64,000 nt of DNA from an uncultured Acidobacteriaceae bacterium (GCA_963821295.1 CAWGDB010000007.1:254557-318556); one strand, 5' to 3'. Positions 9,335 to 19,011 are shown, counted from the first letter of the stretch. Made by a program: numbers and translations. The notes: generated by a model not told the origin, from the sequence alone.

Positions 9335-11077
9335 TTAATGGGACGGAGATGCCGCTGCCGTTTTCTCCGGTGTAGCGGGAGCTGCCTTCTCAGCGTCAAA
9401 TCTGGTCAAGAAGGGGAAAAATGGCGTAACTTCGAACGGCATCTTTTCGGATGCCGAGGTGACCGCCACTGGTTTCGTTTTGACCAGTTCAGCCTGATCG
9501 GTCCAGGGATTCACTCGGACGCGTCCTCCCAGTGGAAGCGCGGCGATCTGGTCGGCCTTCTTCGGGTCAAATTGCGGTGAGGCGGTCATCAAAGCGGACA
9601 TGCGGGTCGCGTCGCCATTCAGGAGGCTATCTCCAAGGTGGGCCCGGATCAGATTTTTCAATTGTGGAGCGCGCGCCTGCACTGCCTTGAGGAACAGGCC
9701 GGCGTTGGCGAGTTTGTCTTTGTAGGGCGAGTTGTTGAGCAGTTCGATCGCCTTCTTATCCGCTGCTTCTTCTTCGCTGCGATCCCGCGCGAAATCCATA
9801 CGCTGGAAAGTCCGCTCATCCGGGAAGAACATGCGATCGTTGAACGCCATCTTTGTGTTCAGGTGGTGGCCCAGGGCGATGTGCGCCAATTCGTGGGTCA
9901 GAATCATGGCCAGGGCAGCTTCGTCGGGCAACACGTCAATCATGCCGCGACTGATGACGATGGTGTGGCCAATCGTGAAGGATTCCAGCGGCGTAGTCAG
10001 CAGCACGCGGCATTTGATTTCAGGCTGAAAATCGAGATTGTTGGTCACCATCACGTTGTTGACCACGGTCTGCAGAACCTTGTCGATGTCGCCTTCCGGA
10101 GCCAGCAGCCCGATCTGTTGCAGACGGTCCAGCACGTTGAATTCAGCCTGGCGTTCCCAGGCGCGCTGGGCCTCGATGGGCGACGCATCCTGGGCTGCTT
10201 GGCTCTGGTCCTGGACTGACTGCGGCGCATCGACCGTGATCTCCGTGAATTCGGAGTTGCGGCGAAGGTCTTTCAGGTTGTAGCCCCAGAGGCGGGTCTG
10301 CGCCTTGTAGTTCAAGGTCTGGCCGAGCTTGTATTTGAGGTCGGACTCCTCGGAATAAATCAGCGATGGCAACCAAACACCGGGGCGAAGATTCTGGCGC
10401 CAGCTGTCAAAGTGCAGGTAGTAGGCGGCGCGCGGATGAGGATAATAGGTGCCGTTGAAGCGAACGATATTGTAGTCCTGATCTTCAACCCACACCCGTC
10501 CCAGAAAACGGCCATTTCCAGCGTTTTTCTTGGGTGCGACATCGATGACAACGCAGCGTACTTCGCCCAAAAACTCGCGGCGGACAAACGTAAAGTCGTA
10601 GTACTTGCGCTGAAAGTCCTCGTCGAGGATCACCATCTGTGCAAATCCAAGCGGAAGGAACTTCATCGAGTAAACGTTGCTCAGCTTGCTGAGCATCCGC
10701 TTGCCGAGCCCGGCCGTGGTTGGAGAGACGAAGGTATGATCGTCGGCCTCCCCATTGCTCATATCGAGCCGGCCCAGGAAATAAACGTCGCTCACCGGCA
10801 CGGGTGCGTTCAGCTCCTTGTCTTGCTTAAGATTCTGGAGATAGGTTTCCACCAGAGGGTGCAGTTGCTTCATCTGGGCCACAAAGAAATGCTCGCGTTC
10901 AATCATGCGGTCGACCACTTGGTCGAAGCTGGCAGCGGCAGCCGAAGCCTGTTGCGTGGCCTCATCGCGAGCGGCAAGCTGCGGCGCCTGCGGCGGTGCC
11001 TGAGCGATCATGAAGGTTGTGCAGATGAGGGCGCAGAGTAGAAAAAGAGCGATCAAAAAGACAGGGGAGTGGCGCAT
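9335..11077 (-). CDS. secreted M48-like zinc metallopeptidase
   Basis: Signal peptide MRHSPVFLIALFLLCALICTTFMIAQA. HExxH motif ILTHELAHIALGHH in the C-terminal half. Confidence 0.75.
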   Translation of the reverse strand: MRHSPVFLIALFLLCALICTTFMIAQAPPQAPQLAARDEATQQASAAAASFDQVVDRMIEREHFFVAQMKQLHPLVETYLQNLKQDKELNAPVPVSDVYFLGRLDMSNGEADDHTFVSPTTAGLGKRMLSKLSNVYSMKFLPLGFAQMVILDEDFQRKYYDFTFVRREFLGEVRCVVIDVAPKKNAGNGRFLGRVWVEDQDYNIVRFNGTYYPHPRAAYYLHFDSWRQNLRPGVWLPSLIYSEESDLKYKLGQTLNYKAQTRLWGYNLKDLRRNSEFTEITVDAPQSVQDQSQAAQDASPIEAQRAWERQAEFNVLDRLQQIGLLAPEGDIDKVLQTVVNNVMVTNNLDFQPEIKCRVLLTTPLESFTIGHTIVISRGMIDVLPDEAALAMILTHELAHIALGHHLNTKMAFNDRMFFPDERTFQRMDFARDRSEEEAADKKAIELLNNSPYKDKLANAGLFLKAVQARAPQLKNLIRAHLGDSLLNGDATRMSALMTASPQFDPKKADQIAALPLGGRVRVNPWTDQAELVKTKPVAVTSASEKMPFEVTPFFPFLTRFDAEKAAPATPEKTAAASPSH

Positions 11078-11111
11078 TTTTCAGTTCCGTTTCAATTGGG
11101 ATACAAGTTAA

Positions 11112-12197
11112 CTACGACGCAAGTTGGAAAACAATATGCAACACCGCCTGAAAATCGGCGGGATGCCCGTCCCTCAAAGCCGGCTTGAACTGAATTTTCT
11201 GCGCAGCTTGAATCGCAGATTCATCCAGCCCGTGGCCAAGCCCTTGTACGACTTTCATGATCTTGATCTGTCCGGTCGCCGTGAAGACGACATCGAGTAG
11301 AACCTCGCCTTCTACCTTGAGCTGGCGTCCTTCTTCAGTGTAAACCGGACGGGGCTTATAAGTGATCTCAGCCGGGACCGTTTTCACAACGGGTGCGGCG
11401 GATTTCTTGGCCCCAGGGTCCGCGACCACATCCGCGTCCCCGAAACCACCCTGACGTACGGTACCACGCGAGGCGGAAACTTTGCCCGAATTGTCACCCG
11501 TGGCAACGCCATTTCCAAAGCCAGCGCTCGCGATTACACCGCGTGCTCCGTGCGCTCCACCCGTGCCATTGCCGTAACCGGGACCATTGGGCATGTCGAA
11601 GCTGCCCGCCTGCGCAATCGTAATCGGACGCCCGTGATTCTCGCGCGCCGCTACGCCGTTCGGATCTCCAAAGCCGCCGGTCTGCACCTTCTCGGGCGCC
11701 GCAGCCATGGTCGGCGTGGCCGAACTTCCGGTGGAAAAGACGTTGGTCTTGACGAGTTGCTTCGGGATGATTGGTTTCACGTCCGGCAGCGATTCCTTGT
11801 TGGCCACCATCATCACCTTCGGCGGCTGAATGTCGGCAGGCAGAGGCGTCTTGTGGGTCACAAGTTCGACCGGAACGCGCAAAGCCTGCGGGCGCGGCGT
11901 CACGACCTCTGCGAGCTTGGGCTCGGGCCTCGGGAAATTCTTGACCGGGGCCGGTTCTTGCGGGATTGGAGGCGGCGTATCCACCAAGCGGACAAAATGG
12001 TAATCGTGCGCGGGAAGAACGAGCACTTCAGGGTAGGCGATGGCCGCGATCAGAAAAAACGTTATCGCCAGCGACTGTACGCCGTAACTGAGAAGCAACT
12101 TTCCCCACGGGGGTCGCTGTTCGGGAAGAAGGCCAAGCGTCAGTTGCGCAACCTGAGTATCCATGTCCGGCACCTCAAAATAACTACCCGCCGGCAT
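11112..12197 (-). CDS. tonB: TonB family energy transducer
   Basis: One N-terminal TM helix, a Pro-rich spacer (PPPIPQEPAPVKNFPRPEPK) and a TonB_C-like end (VEGEVLLDVVFTATGQIKIMKVVQGLGHGLDESAIQAAQKIQFKPA). The start could instead be the ATG at 12164. Confidence 0.8.
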   Translation of the reverse strand: MPAGSYFEVPDMDTQVAQLTLGLLPEQRPPWGKLLLSYGVQSLAITFFLIAAIAYPEVLVLPAHDYHFVRLVDTPPPIPQEPAPVKNFPRPEPKLAEVVTPRPQALRVPVELVTHKTPLPADIQPPKVMMVANKESLPDVKPIIPKQLVKTNVFSTGSSATPTMAAAPEKVQTGGFGDPNGVAARENHGRPITIAQAGSFDMPNGPGYGNGTGGAHGARGVIASAGFGNGVATGDNSGKVSASRGTVRQGGFGDADVVADPGAKKSAAPVVKTVPAEITYKPRPVYTEEGRQLKVEGEVLLDVVFTATGQIKIMKVVQGLGHGLDESAIQAAQKIQFKPALRDGHPADFQAVLHIVFQLAS

Positions 12198-12617
12198 GTT
12201 TGCCAGCAGAAGCGCTGAACCCCACGAGCGGCAGTTTCAGAACTGCGGAGAAGGTTCGAGAGAACCACACTTCCGATCAAGTGAAGTGCACGCCGAAGGC
12301 CATTTTCGACGAACACCCTTCACTTTAAGCTGCGGTGAAACGGCGACTTACATCGGGATGTGCCTATCCTAACAGACCGAAAAGGCTCGCTTGCAATGTT
12401 TTTCCTATTTGGGAGGGAAAAATCGGAAAGGGAATGGGAAGATTTTCCCGAACTGGCAAGGCCCAACATGTCAGCTTCCAAACCGCGATATGTGGCCCCA
12501 AAACGCGGCAAACATGCACTTCTGAGTACGGTTCCAGGTAGCCAACCGAGGCCTAAAGAACCTCCTCAAGAATTGAGGGAACTTTGGAATAGAAATGCCC
12601 CGAAGCCGGCCGAATCC

Positions 12618-12908
12618 CTACTCGGCCTCTTCTTCCTCGAGCTTGATGCGCAGGGATTTGAGAAACTTCAAATCCTGATCGCTGATCTTCAATTCCGGGT
12701 TGGTAGTGAGCGTGGAAACAAGCGATTCCTTGTCGGTCGTGCGTTCGCCCTGCTTGCTGACGCCAATGGTCGCTTCGAGAACCAGAAAAATGTCGTAGCC
12801 GCCTTCCTTGATGCGGGCCACGACTTCGGCGATCTGTTCGGAATCGGAGAGCGATCCATTGATCGCCTCGCCAAGCTCCTTCATAAGCTGCTTCAGTTGC
12901 TGGTCCAC
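12618..12908 (-). CDS. small acidic hypothetical protein
   Basis: 96-aa ORF with coding-like composition and no motif I recognise. The overlapping + strand ORF 12360..13403 looks non-coding across this span. Confidence 0.5.
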   Translation of the reverse strand: MDQQLKQLMKELGEAINGSLSDSEQIAEVVARIKEGGYDIFLVLEATIGVSKQGERTTDKESLVSTLTTNPELKISDQDLKFLKSLRIKLEEEEAE

Positions 12909-12995
12909 TCACTCCCCCGATTTGCTGCCCAAGGATTTATTGCCTTTTTCCTGCCTTCTCAGAGCCGCCGCCGAACCCCGTCACAACCCGTTGTG

Positions 12996-13403
12996 ATGCC
13001 AGCCACCGTTATTGTACGCTCGGCCACTGCTAAAATCATCAGAATGATCGCGAGAATGACCGCGGCCTGGAAAGAGAAAACGAAGGTGAAAAAGCTTGCA
13101 CTGGTCATGCGCGTGGCCGGCCAACAAGTTGCGCGCAGCCGGACAGGTGGCGCGCTGGTCAAGGGATTGCGCGCGACGGCCGCCTCGTTCGGGAAGGTGT
13201 TGCACCAGCTCTGGCTCGAAGTCACTGGATTCACCTTTCTGGCGATCGCCGCCATCGGGGCGATCGAAGGGTATCGCGAATACGGGAAGTATCATGCCGG
13301 GCTGGAGGCGGGTCCTGGCAGGGTGATTCTGGCTGTGTGCTTTACGCTTTCGTTCGCCTGGTTCGGCCTGACTTCGTTTATCCGGATCAAAAGAAAGCAA
13401 TAA
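12996..13403 (+). CDS. hypothetical two-TM membrane protein
   Basis: Only the 3' third of ORF 12360..13403 looks coding: ...WLEVTGFTFLAIAAIGAIEGY...VILAVCFTLSFAWFGLTSFIRIKRKQ. The start is at ATG 12996 or 13044. It ends 15 nt before the mutase gene. Confidence 0.45.
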   Translation: MPATVIVRSATAKIIRMIARMTAAWKEKTKVKKLALVMRVAGQQVARSRTGGALVKGLRATAASFGKVLHQLWLEVTGFTFLAIAAIGAIEGYREYGKYHAGLEAGPGRVILAVCFTLSFAWFGLTSFIRIKRKQ

Positions 13404-13418
13404 TTCGAGGTTCCCAAT

Positions 13419-15066
13419 ATGAGTGACGCCGTCAAGGCGGTCGATCCGATCGCGAAGCCTCCCGCCAAGCCGAAGCCGCCAGCGGCCGAGCAGCAGACCT
13501 CATCTCACATTTCGGTCCGCCCACTTTATACGCCCACTGATCTAGCCGGCTCCGATTACGACCGCGACCTCGGCTACCCGGGCGAGTTTCCCTTCACGCG
13601 CGGCGTGCAGGCCACCATGTATCGCGGCCGCCTGTGGACGATGCGCCAATATGCAGGCATGGGCGATGCCGAGGAATCGAACAAGCGCTACAAGTATCTG
13701 CTCGCGAACGGCACCACGGGCTTGTCGGTGGCCTTCGATCTGCCCACGCAAATTGGCCTCGATTCCGACAATGCCGCTGGCCATGGGCGAGGTGGGCAAA
13801 GTCGGCGTGGCGATCGATTCGATTGAAGACATGCAGCGCCTGTTCGACGGCATCGAACTGACCACGATTTCGACCTCGATGACGATCAATGCCACGGCGT
13901 CGATTCTGCTGGCTTTGTATGTTGCGGTCGCGCGGCGGCAGGGCGCGGACATCCGCAAGCTCTCCGGCACCGTGCAGAACGATGTGCTCAAGGAGTACAT
14001 TGCGCGCGGAACTTATATTTATCCGCCGCAGCAGGCCATGCGCATCATTACCGACCTGTTTGCCTGGACGAACGAGAATGTCCCTGACTGGAATACGATC
14101 TCGATCTCCGGCTACCACATGCGCGAAGCGGGATCGACCGCGGTACAGGAGGTCGCTTTCACGCTGGGTAACGGCATTGCATATGTAGAGGCCGCGATCA
14201 AGGCTGGGCTCGACGTGGATAAGTTCGCCCCCCGGCTCTCCTTCTTCTTCAATGCCCACAGCAACTTCCTGGAAGAGGTAGCAAAGTTCCGCGCCGCCCG
14301 CCGCATGTGGGCGAAGATCATGCGCGACCACTTCAAGGCAAAGAATCCAAAATCGTGGATGCTGCGCTTCCACACGCAAACGGCTGGCTCCACGCTAACC
14401 GCGCAGCAGCCCGAGAACAACATTGTGCGCACGGCGATCCAGGCGATGGCGGCGGTGCTCGGTGGGACGCAGTCTCTGCATACCAATTCGTTTGACGAGG
14501 CGCTCGCCCTGCCGACCGAAGCTTCGGCGCGGATCGCGTTGCGCACGCAGCAGGTCATTGCGTTTGAATCTGGCGTGCCGCAGACGGTCGATCCGCTGGC
14601 GGGCTCGTACTACGTCGAATCGCTGACCAATGAAATCGAGAAGCGCGCCAGCGACTATCTCACGAAGATCGAAACCATGGGCGGAATGCTGAAGGCGATC
14701 GAACGCGGATACGTGCAGCAGGAGATCCAGAACGCGGCCTATGAATATCAGCAATCGGTCGATCGCGAATATTCGGTGGTGGTCGGCGTGAACCGGTTCC
14801 AGGCCCATGAAGAGAAGTCGGTGCCACTGCAGCGCATCGATCCGGCGCTCGAGCCGAAACAGATAGAGCGGTTGCGGGCGCTGCGTGCGAAACGCAATCC
14901 GCAGACCTGGCAGGCGGCAATCAAAGCTGTCGAAGACACCGCCCGCTCAGGGGATAACCTGATGCCGCGCATTCTGGCCGCCGTGGAAGCCAACGCCACC
15001 GTGGGCGAGATCTCCGACGCCATGCGAAGAGTCTATGGGGAATACAAAGAAGCGGTCGTGATTTAG
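13419..15066 (+). pseudogene. methylmalonyl-CoA mutase catalytic (N-terminal TIM-barrel) subunit, interrupted by a +1 frameshift near 13773
   Basis: ORF 13419..13826 encodes ...[51 protein letters not shown] 13651..15066, one frame over, continues [20 protein letters not shown]...[20 protein letters not shown]... Deleting one nt around G13773 restores the conserved [16 protein letters not shown] block. No B12-binding domain is present, so this is the split-type large subunit. Confidence 0.8.
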
Positions 15067-15082
15067 ACGGCTGCGGAAGGTC

Positions 15083-15295
15083 CTATTCTCGATCGTGCGA
15101 CTTCTGTCGGCTCATCGATTCTACCGTCTTGTAATCGCAGGCCGTCCGGCAAACTTCGCAGTAGAGCAAGCCGTCTGTACACAAGTGCACGTCGAGTTCT
15201 GACTGGCAGAGGATGCAAAATTTGTCGCAGCAGCAACTCGACTCAGGCTGCTCGCATTGCGCGCAGAGGACGCGGCGAACTGTATCCGTGGACAT
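15083..15295 (-). CDS. Cys-rich mini-protein (70 aa, putative zinc ribbon)
   Basis: The internal ATG at 15295 of ORF 15083..15706 gives MSTDTVRRVLCAQCEQPESSCCCDKFCILCQSELDVHLCTDGLLYCEVCRTACDYK... It has 12 Cys, including three CxxC pairs. The longer upstream part of the ORF crosses a repeat element and is unlikely to be coding. Confidence 0.45.
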   Translation of the reverse strand: MSTDTVRRVLCAQCEQPESSCCCDKFCILCQSELDVHLCTDGLLYCEVCRTACDYKTVESMSRQKSHDRE

Positions 15296-15346
15296 ATTTG
15301 CAGTGTAGCGTCCCGGGACCGGGCCGCGAAACGTGACAGAGGTAAC

Positions 15347-15453
15347 ACGGCAAGTCAAAAGTAAAAATTCAAATTGTAGAAGTAAACTACACGACTGTGC
15401 GGAACTAGAGGCTTTTACTTCCGCAATTTGACTTCTGCCTTTTGACTTGCCGT
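15347..15453. repeat. long imperfect palindromic repeat element (copy A)
   Basis: The arms at 15347..15386 and 15413..15453 are reverse complements at about 34 of 40 positions. The element shares the core TTTACTTC(T/C)GCAATTTGACTTCTG with copy B at 17162..17272. Confidence 0.6.
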
Positions 15454-15539
15454 TCTGACCTTGCTGCTTCTCCAGCCCAGGTGATAACTTAATCAGTTCC
15501 AGATACCCGGCAGCCCAGCCCTGTCGACCGAGGCTTCTC

Positions 15540-16691
15540 TTGTCCGCCGCCCCAGTGATTCCGCCGACTGTTCGCAAGACCGCGCTGAACGCGGTCCATC
15601 GCCAGATGGGCGCGAAAATGGTTGAGTTCAACGGCTGGGATATGCCGGTCGAATATCCTGCGTCCATCGGATGCGGCATCGTTAACGAGCACATGGCCGT
15701 CCGCACCGGCGTCGGAATTTTTGACGTCAGTCACATGGGTGACATTCGGCTCGCCGGCCCCGGCGCCCTCGCCGCTGTGCAGCATATCTCGATGAATGAC
15801 GCCTCACGCCTCGCCATCGGCCAGGCGCAATATTCCGCGCTGCTTTATCCCGAAGGAACGTTTGTGGACGACGTCATCGTTCACCGCCTGGGCGAAGATG
15901 AATACCTGCTCGTGATCAACGCCGGCACGCGCGAAAAAGATTTCAACTGGGTGCGGGACAATACGCGCCAGTTCGATTGCAAGGTCGAACATCTCTCCGA
16001 CGATTTCACCCAGATTGCGATTCAGGGCCCGAAGGGCGTGAACCTGCTGCAGAAACTCACCGACGCCGATCTGAGCGCGGTGAAATTCTATTGGGTGACG
16101 CGCGGAACCTTATGTGGCCTGAAGAATATCCTGATGGGCCGCACCGGCTACACCGCCGAAGATGGCTTCGAAGTTTATATCCCGTCCGATGAAGCCACCA
16201 GCGCCCGCGTCTGGTACGCGATTCTCGATGCGGGCAAAGAGTTTGGCGTTGTCCCCTGCGGATTGGGTGCGCGCAACACGCTTCGCCTCGAAGGCAAACT
16301 GCCGCTCTACGGACACGAAATCTCCGACACGATCAACGTCTGGGAAGCGGGCCTCGACCGCTGGTGCAAAATGGAAAAGCCGGAGTTCATCGGACGCGCA
16401 GCACTGGAGAAAGCTCGCAGTGAAGGCTTGAAGCGTACGCTAGTCGGCCTTGAAATGATTGATCGCGGCATCGCCCGCGACGGCTATAAAGTTCTTGACG
16501 ATAGTGGCCGCGAAATCGGCTACGTCACCAGTGGATCGCCCGCGCCGTTCCTGAAAAAGAATATCGCGCTCGCCTATGTGCCGCCCGCGCACGCCGCGCT
16601 TGGAGCGACAGTGAGAGTTGACATCCGCGGACAAGGCGTAAAGGCGCAAGTCGTGCCGACGCCGTTTTACAAGCGTCCAAAGAAAGTTTGA
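15540..16691 (+). CDS. gcvT: glycine cleavage system aminomethyltransferase (T protein)
   Basis: TTG start. Motifs: HRQMGAKMVEFNGWDMPVEY, GIFDVSHMG, and a C-terminal barrel ending FYKRPKK. Confidence 0.9.
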   Translation: MSAAPVIPPTVRKTALNAVHRQMGAKMVEFNGWDMPVEYPASIGCGIVNEHMAVRTGVGIFDVSHMGDIRLAGPGALAAVQHISMNDASRLAIGQAQYSALLYPEGTFVDDVIVHRLGEDEYLLVINAGTREKDFNWVRDNTRQFDCKVEHLSDDFTQIAIQGPKGVNLLQKLTDADLSAVKFYWVTRGTLCGLKNILMGRTGYTAEDGFEVYIPSDEATSARVWYAILDAGKEFGVVPCGLGARNTLRLEGKLPLYGHEISDTINVWEAGLDRWCKMEKPEFIGRAALEKARSEGLKRTLVGLEMIDRGIARDGYKVLDDSGREIGYVTSGSPAPFLKKNIALAYVPPAHAALGATVRVDIRGQGVKAQVVPTPFYKRPKKV

Positions 16692-16693
16692 CC

Positions 16694-16731
16694 GTAGCGC
16701 CGGCATTTTGCCGCCGGGACGGCGGCGCTAC
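16694..16731. repeat. GC-rich REP-like hairpin (GTAGCGCCG...CGGCGCTAC)
   Basis: Perfect 9-bp stem, 16694..16702 with 16723..16731. An alternative inner stem pairs GCCGCC with GGCGGC. The opening GTAGCGC(C/G)GGCAT is shared with the element at 26181..26204. Confidence 0.5.
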
Positions 16732-16776
16732 CAAGATCGAAGCGCTACGAAGATCCAAGTCAGGAGCCATAATCGA

Positions 16777-17157
16777 ATGTCATATCCGGCCGACCGCAAA
16801 TATACGAAAGAACATGAATGGATCTCCACCGATGGCAAAATCGGCATCACCGCCCATGCCCAGGATTCTCTGGGAGACATCGTTTTCGTGGAACTCCCCA
16901 AGGTGGGCGCCGAACTTTCCGCGGGAAAGACATTTGGCACAGTTGAATCAGTCAAGGCCGTTTCGGATTTGTATGCTCCCGCCTCCGGAACCGTGACCGA
17001 AGTGAATGGCGAACTGGCCACCGCTCCCGAAAAAGTCAACAAAGACGCCCACGCCGCCTGGATGGTCAAGATCGCGATCAAAGATCCGGCTCAACTGAAC
17101 GCTCTGCTTTCGGCCGCCGACTACGAAAAATTTGTAAGCGAAGAGGCCGGACACTGA
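16777..17157 (+). CDS. gcvH: glycine cleavage system H protein (lipoyl carrier)
   Basis: MSYPADRKYTKEHEWI start and lipoyl-lysine motif GTVESVKAVSDLYAPASGTV. The ATG at 16777 is preferred over the listed 16708. Confidence 0.9.
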   Translation: MSYPADRKYTKEHEWISTDGKIGITAHAQDSLGDIVFVELPKVGAELSAGKTFGTVESVKAVSDLYAPASGTVTEVNGELATAPEKVNKDAHAAWMVKIAIKDPAQLNALLSAADYEKFVSEEAGH

Positions 17158-17161
17158 AAGG

Positions 17162-17272
17162 CATTGCAGAAGTTAGAAGTCAGATTGAAGAAGTAAAAGC
17201 CTGCGCTTTCAGCCGCAGCGGTGGGATCGAGGGCCTTTACTTCTGCAATTTGACTTCTGACTTCTGCAATTG
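17162..17272. repeat. long imperfect palindromic repeat element (copy B)
   Basis: The arms at 17162..17201 and 17232..17272 are near-perfect reverse complements (CATTGCAGAAGTTAGAAGTCAGATTGAAGAAGTAAAAGCC / GGCCTTTACTTCTGCAATTTGACTTCTGACTTCTGCAATTG). The loop is about 30 nt. The element sits between gcvH and gcvPA. Confidence 0.65.
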
Positions 17273-17349
17273 TGACGCGCCTCACGTCGTTCCGTTCCTC
17301 AACGTGCCACAATCGAAGCGACGGCTGCCGACATCAAATTAGGGTTCTT

Positions 17350-18723
17350 ATGAGATATCTTCCCAAATCTCCCTCCGATCGCGAAGCCATGCTGAAGGCG
17401 ATCGGGATCCGTTCCGTGGACGATCTTTTCTCGCCCATCCCCCCGCAATTTCGCGTGACGCGCGATCTGGCCATCCACCGCCAAATGGCGGAGTCCGAGA
17501 TTGTCGACTGGTTCAAGCAGCGCGCGCAGGAAAACGGGGAGGGCTACACCAGCTTCCTCGGCGCGGGAGCGTACTTCCACTACCGGCCGGTTGTGATCGA
17601 CGCCCTCGTGCAGCGCGGCGAATTTCTCACCTCGTATACGCCCTACCAGGCCGAGTTCGCGCAGGGAACGTTGCAGGCCATCTTCGAATTTCAAACCATG
17701 ATCGCCGACCTCACCGGTATGGACCTCGCGAATGCCTCCATGTATGACGGTTCGACGGGCGCGGCCGAAGCCGTGATGATGGCCGTCCGCATCACCGGCA
17801 AGCGCGGAGCGGTGGTGGCGCGGAGCCTGCATCCCGAATACCACGAAGTCATCCGCACCTACGCGACTCACCAGAGCATTCCGTTGTCGTCGATCGATTA
17901 CACCGACTCGGGACGAATCGACCTGAAAGCGCTCGAAGCAGCCATCGGCAACGACACCGCGTGCGTGCTCATTCAGTCGCCAAATTTCTTTGGGACTATC
18001 GAGGATGTGGACGCGGTTGCCGAAATCGCCCACAAACACGGAGCGTTGCTGATCGTTTCGATCGCCGAGGCTGTGTCGCTCGGCATCGTCGAACCGCCAC
18101 GCTCTGCCGACATCGTCGCCATGGAGGCGCAATCGTTCGGCGTTCCTCTAGGTTTCGGAGGGCCATACTGCGGAGTTCTCGCGACCAAAGAAAAATTCGT
18201 GCGCCAGATGCCGGGCCGTCTCGCCGGCCAAACCGTCGACAAGAATGGCAAGCGCGGATTCGTCCTCACCCTCGCCACCCGCGAGCAGCATATCCGGCGC
18301 GAGAAGGCGACCTCCAACATCTGCACCAACCAGGCGCTGGTCGCCCTGATGGTGAACATCTTCATGACCGTCTACGGCAAAGTCGGACTCAAAGAGCTGG
18401 CAAAACAAAACCTGGCGAAGACCGCATATGCGGCCGGCCAGTTCTCGAAGCACGCCAAGGTCCTGTTCGCGGGCGCGCCCCGCTTCAATGAGTTTGTGGT
18501 TGAGTCGAGCGAAGATCCCTACGCGATCAACTCCCGCCTGCTCGGCCACAAAATTGTCGGAGGCCTGCCGCTCAAAAAGTTCTATCCCGAACTCGGCCAC
18601 GCCGCCCTGTGGTGCTGTACCGAACTGACCACGCGTTCGATGATCGACACCGCCGTCGGCCTCGTCGCCGACAGCGAACGCGCTGTACGAAGTATGAAGG
18701 AAGTCGAAGAAGTGACGCGATGA
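17350..18723 (+). CDS. gcvPA: glycine dehydrogenase (decarboxylating) subunit 1
   Basis: [19 protein letters not shown] start, [23 protein letters not shown], and [24 protein letters not shown] at 17350. Confidence 0.9.
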   Translation: MRYLPKSPSDREAMLKAIGIRSVDDLFSPIPPQFRVTRDLAIHRQMAESEIVDWFKQRAQENGEGYTSFLGAGAYFHYRPVVIDALVQRGEFLTSYTPYQAEFAQGTLQAIFEFQTMIADLTGMDLANASMYDGSTGAAEAVMMAVRITGKRGAVVARSLHPEYHEVIRTYATHQSIPLSSIDYTDSGRIDLKALEAAIGNDTACVLIQSPNFFGTIEDVDAVAEIAHKHGALLIVSIAEAVSLGIVEPPRSADIVAMEAQSFGVPLGFGGPYCGVLATKEKFVRQMPGRLAGQTVDKNGKRGFVLTLATREQHIRREKATSNICTNQALVALMVNIFMTVYGKVGLKELAKQNLAKTAYAAGQFSKHAKVLFAGAPRFNEFVVESSEDPYAINSRLLGHKIVGGLPLKKFYPELGHAALWCCTELTTRSMIDTAVGLVADSERAVRSMKEVEEVTR

Positions 18724-18727
18724 ACCA

Positions 18728-18985
18728 GTGGCAAGCGGCAGGGATTGGACGCTATTCATGCCCGATATGCATACAGTTCTAAGGCCGCCATATATTTTCT
18801 TGGTCCTTGGGTGCATCTCCATGTCCGTCGGTGTAATTTCGACGTGTTCCGGAGAAACGTGGGCACGCTATGGTCGTGTGATCCGCCGTGACAAAGAACC
18901 GAAGCAGTTTTGGGAGGACGTCGTAGCCTCTTATCTCATTGGTGTTTGTTTCATTGGCTACTTCTTGTATAAGGTTTCAAACTGA
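18728..18985 (+). CDS. small hypothetical two-TM protein inserted between gcvPA and gcvPB
   Basis: 85-aa ORF (GTG 18728; alternative ATGs at 18758 and 18767). Hydrophobic segments: YIFLVLGCISMSVGVISTC and VVASYLIGVCFIGYFLYKV. By eye it is AT-richer than the flanking genes. Confidence 0.4.
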   Translation: MASGRDWTLFMPDMHTVLRPPYIFLVLGCISMSVGVISTCSGETWARYGRVIRRDKEPKQFWEDVVASYLIGVCFIGYFLYKVSN

Positions 18986-19011
18986 GCAGTCCAATTGATT
19001 TGCCAATAACT

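Noticed and set aside
9064-9399. 111-aa minus-strand ORF
   Set aside because: It overlaps the Flp pilin gene antisense and the 3' end of the M48-like gene. It has no motif, and the Flp frame explains the region better.
12198-12617. 420-nt gap with small ORFs 12320..12511 (-) and 12335..12541 (+), considered as a possible gene or ncRNA
   Set aside because: Neither ORF has coding-like composition or motifs. I see only a weak hairpin (CCTCAA-GAA-TTGAGG at 12564..12578) that may terminate the upstream minus-strand gene. There is no recognisable RNA family signature, so the region is left unannotated.
15296-15539. Expected glycine riboswitch in the gcvT leader
   Set aside because: I could not find the conserved GGAGAG...CACCG/ACCGAAGGGGCAA-type aptamer cores on the + strand. 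The leader is instead occupied by the palindromic repeat element.
15296-15706. Upstream two-thirds of ORF 15083..15706 (207 aa)
   Set aside because: It runs through the palindromic repeat and is antisense to the gcvT start. Only the C-terminal Cys-rich 70 aa after the ATG at 15295 looks like a plausible product.
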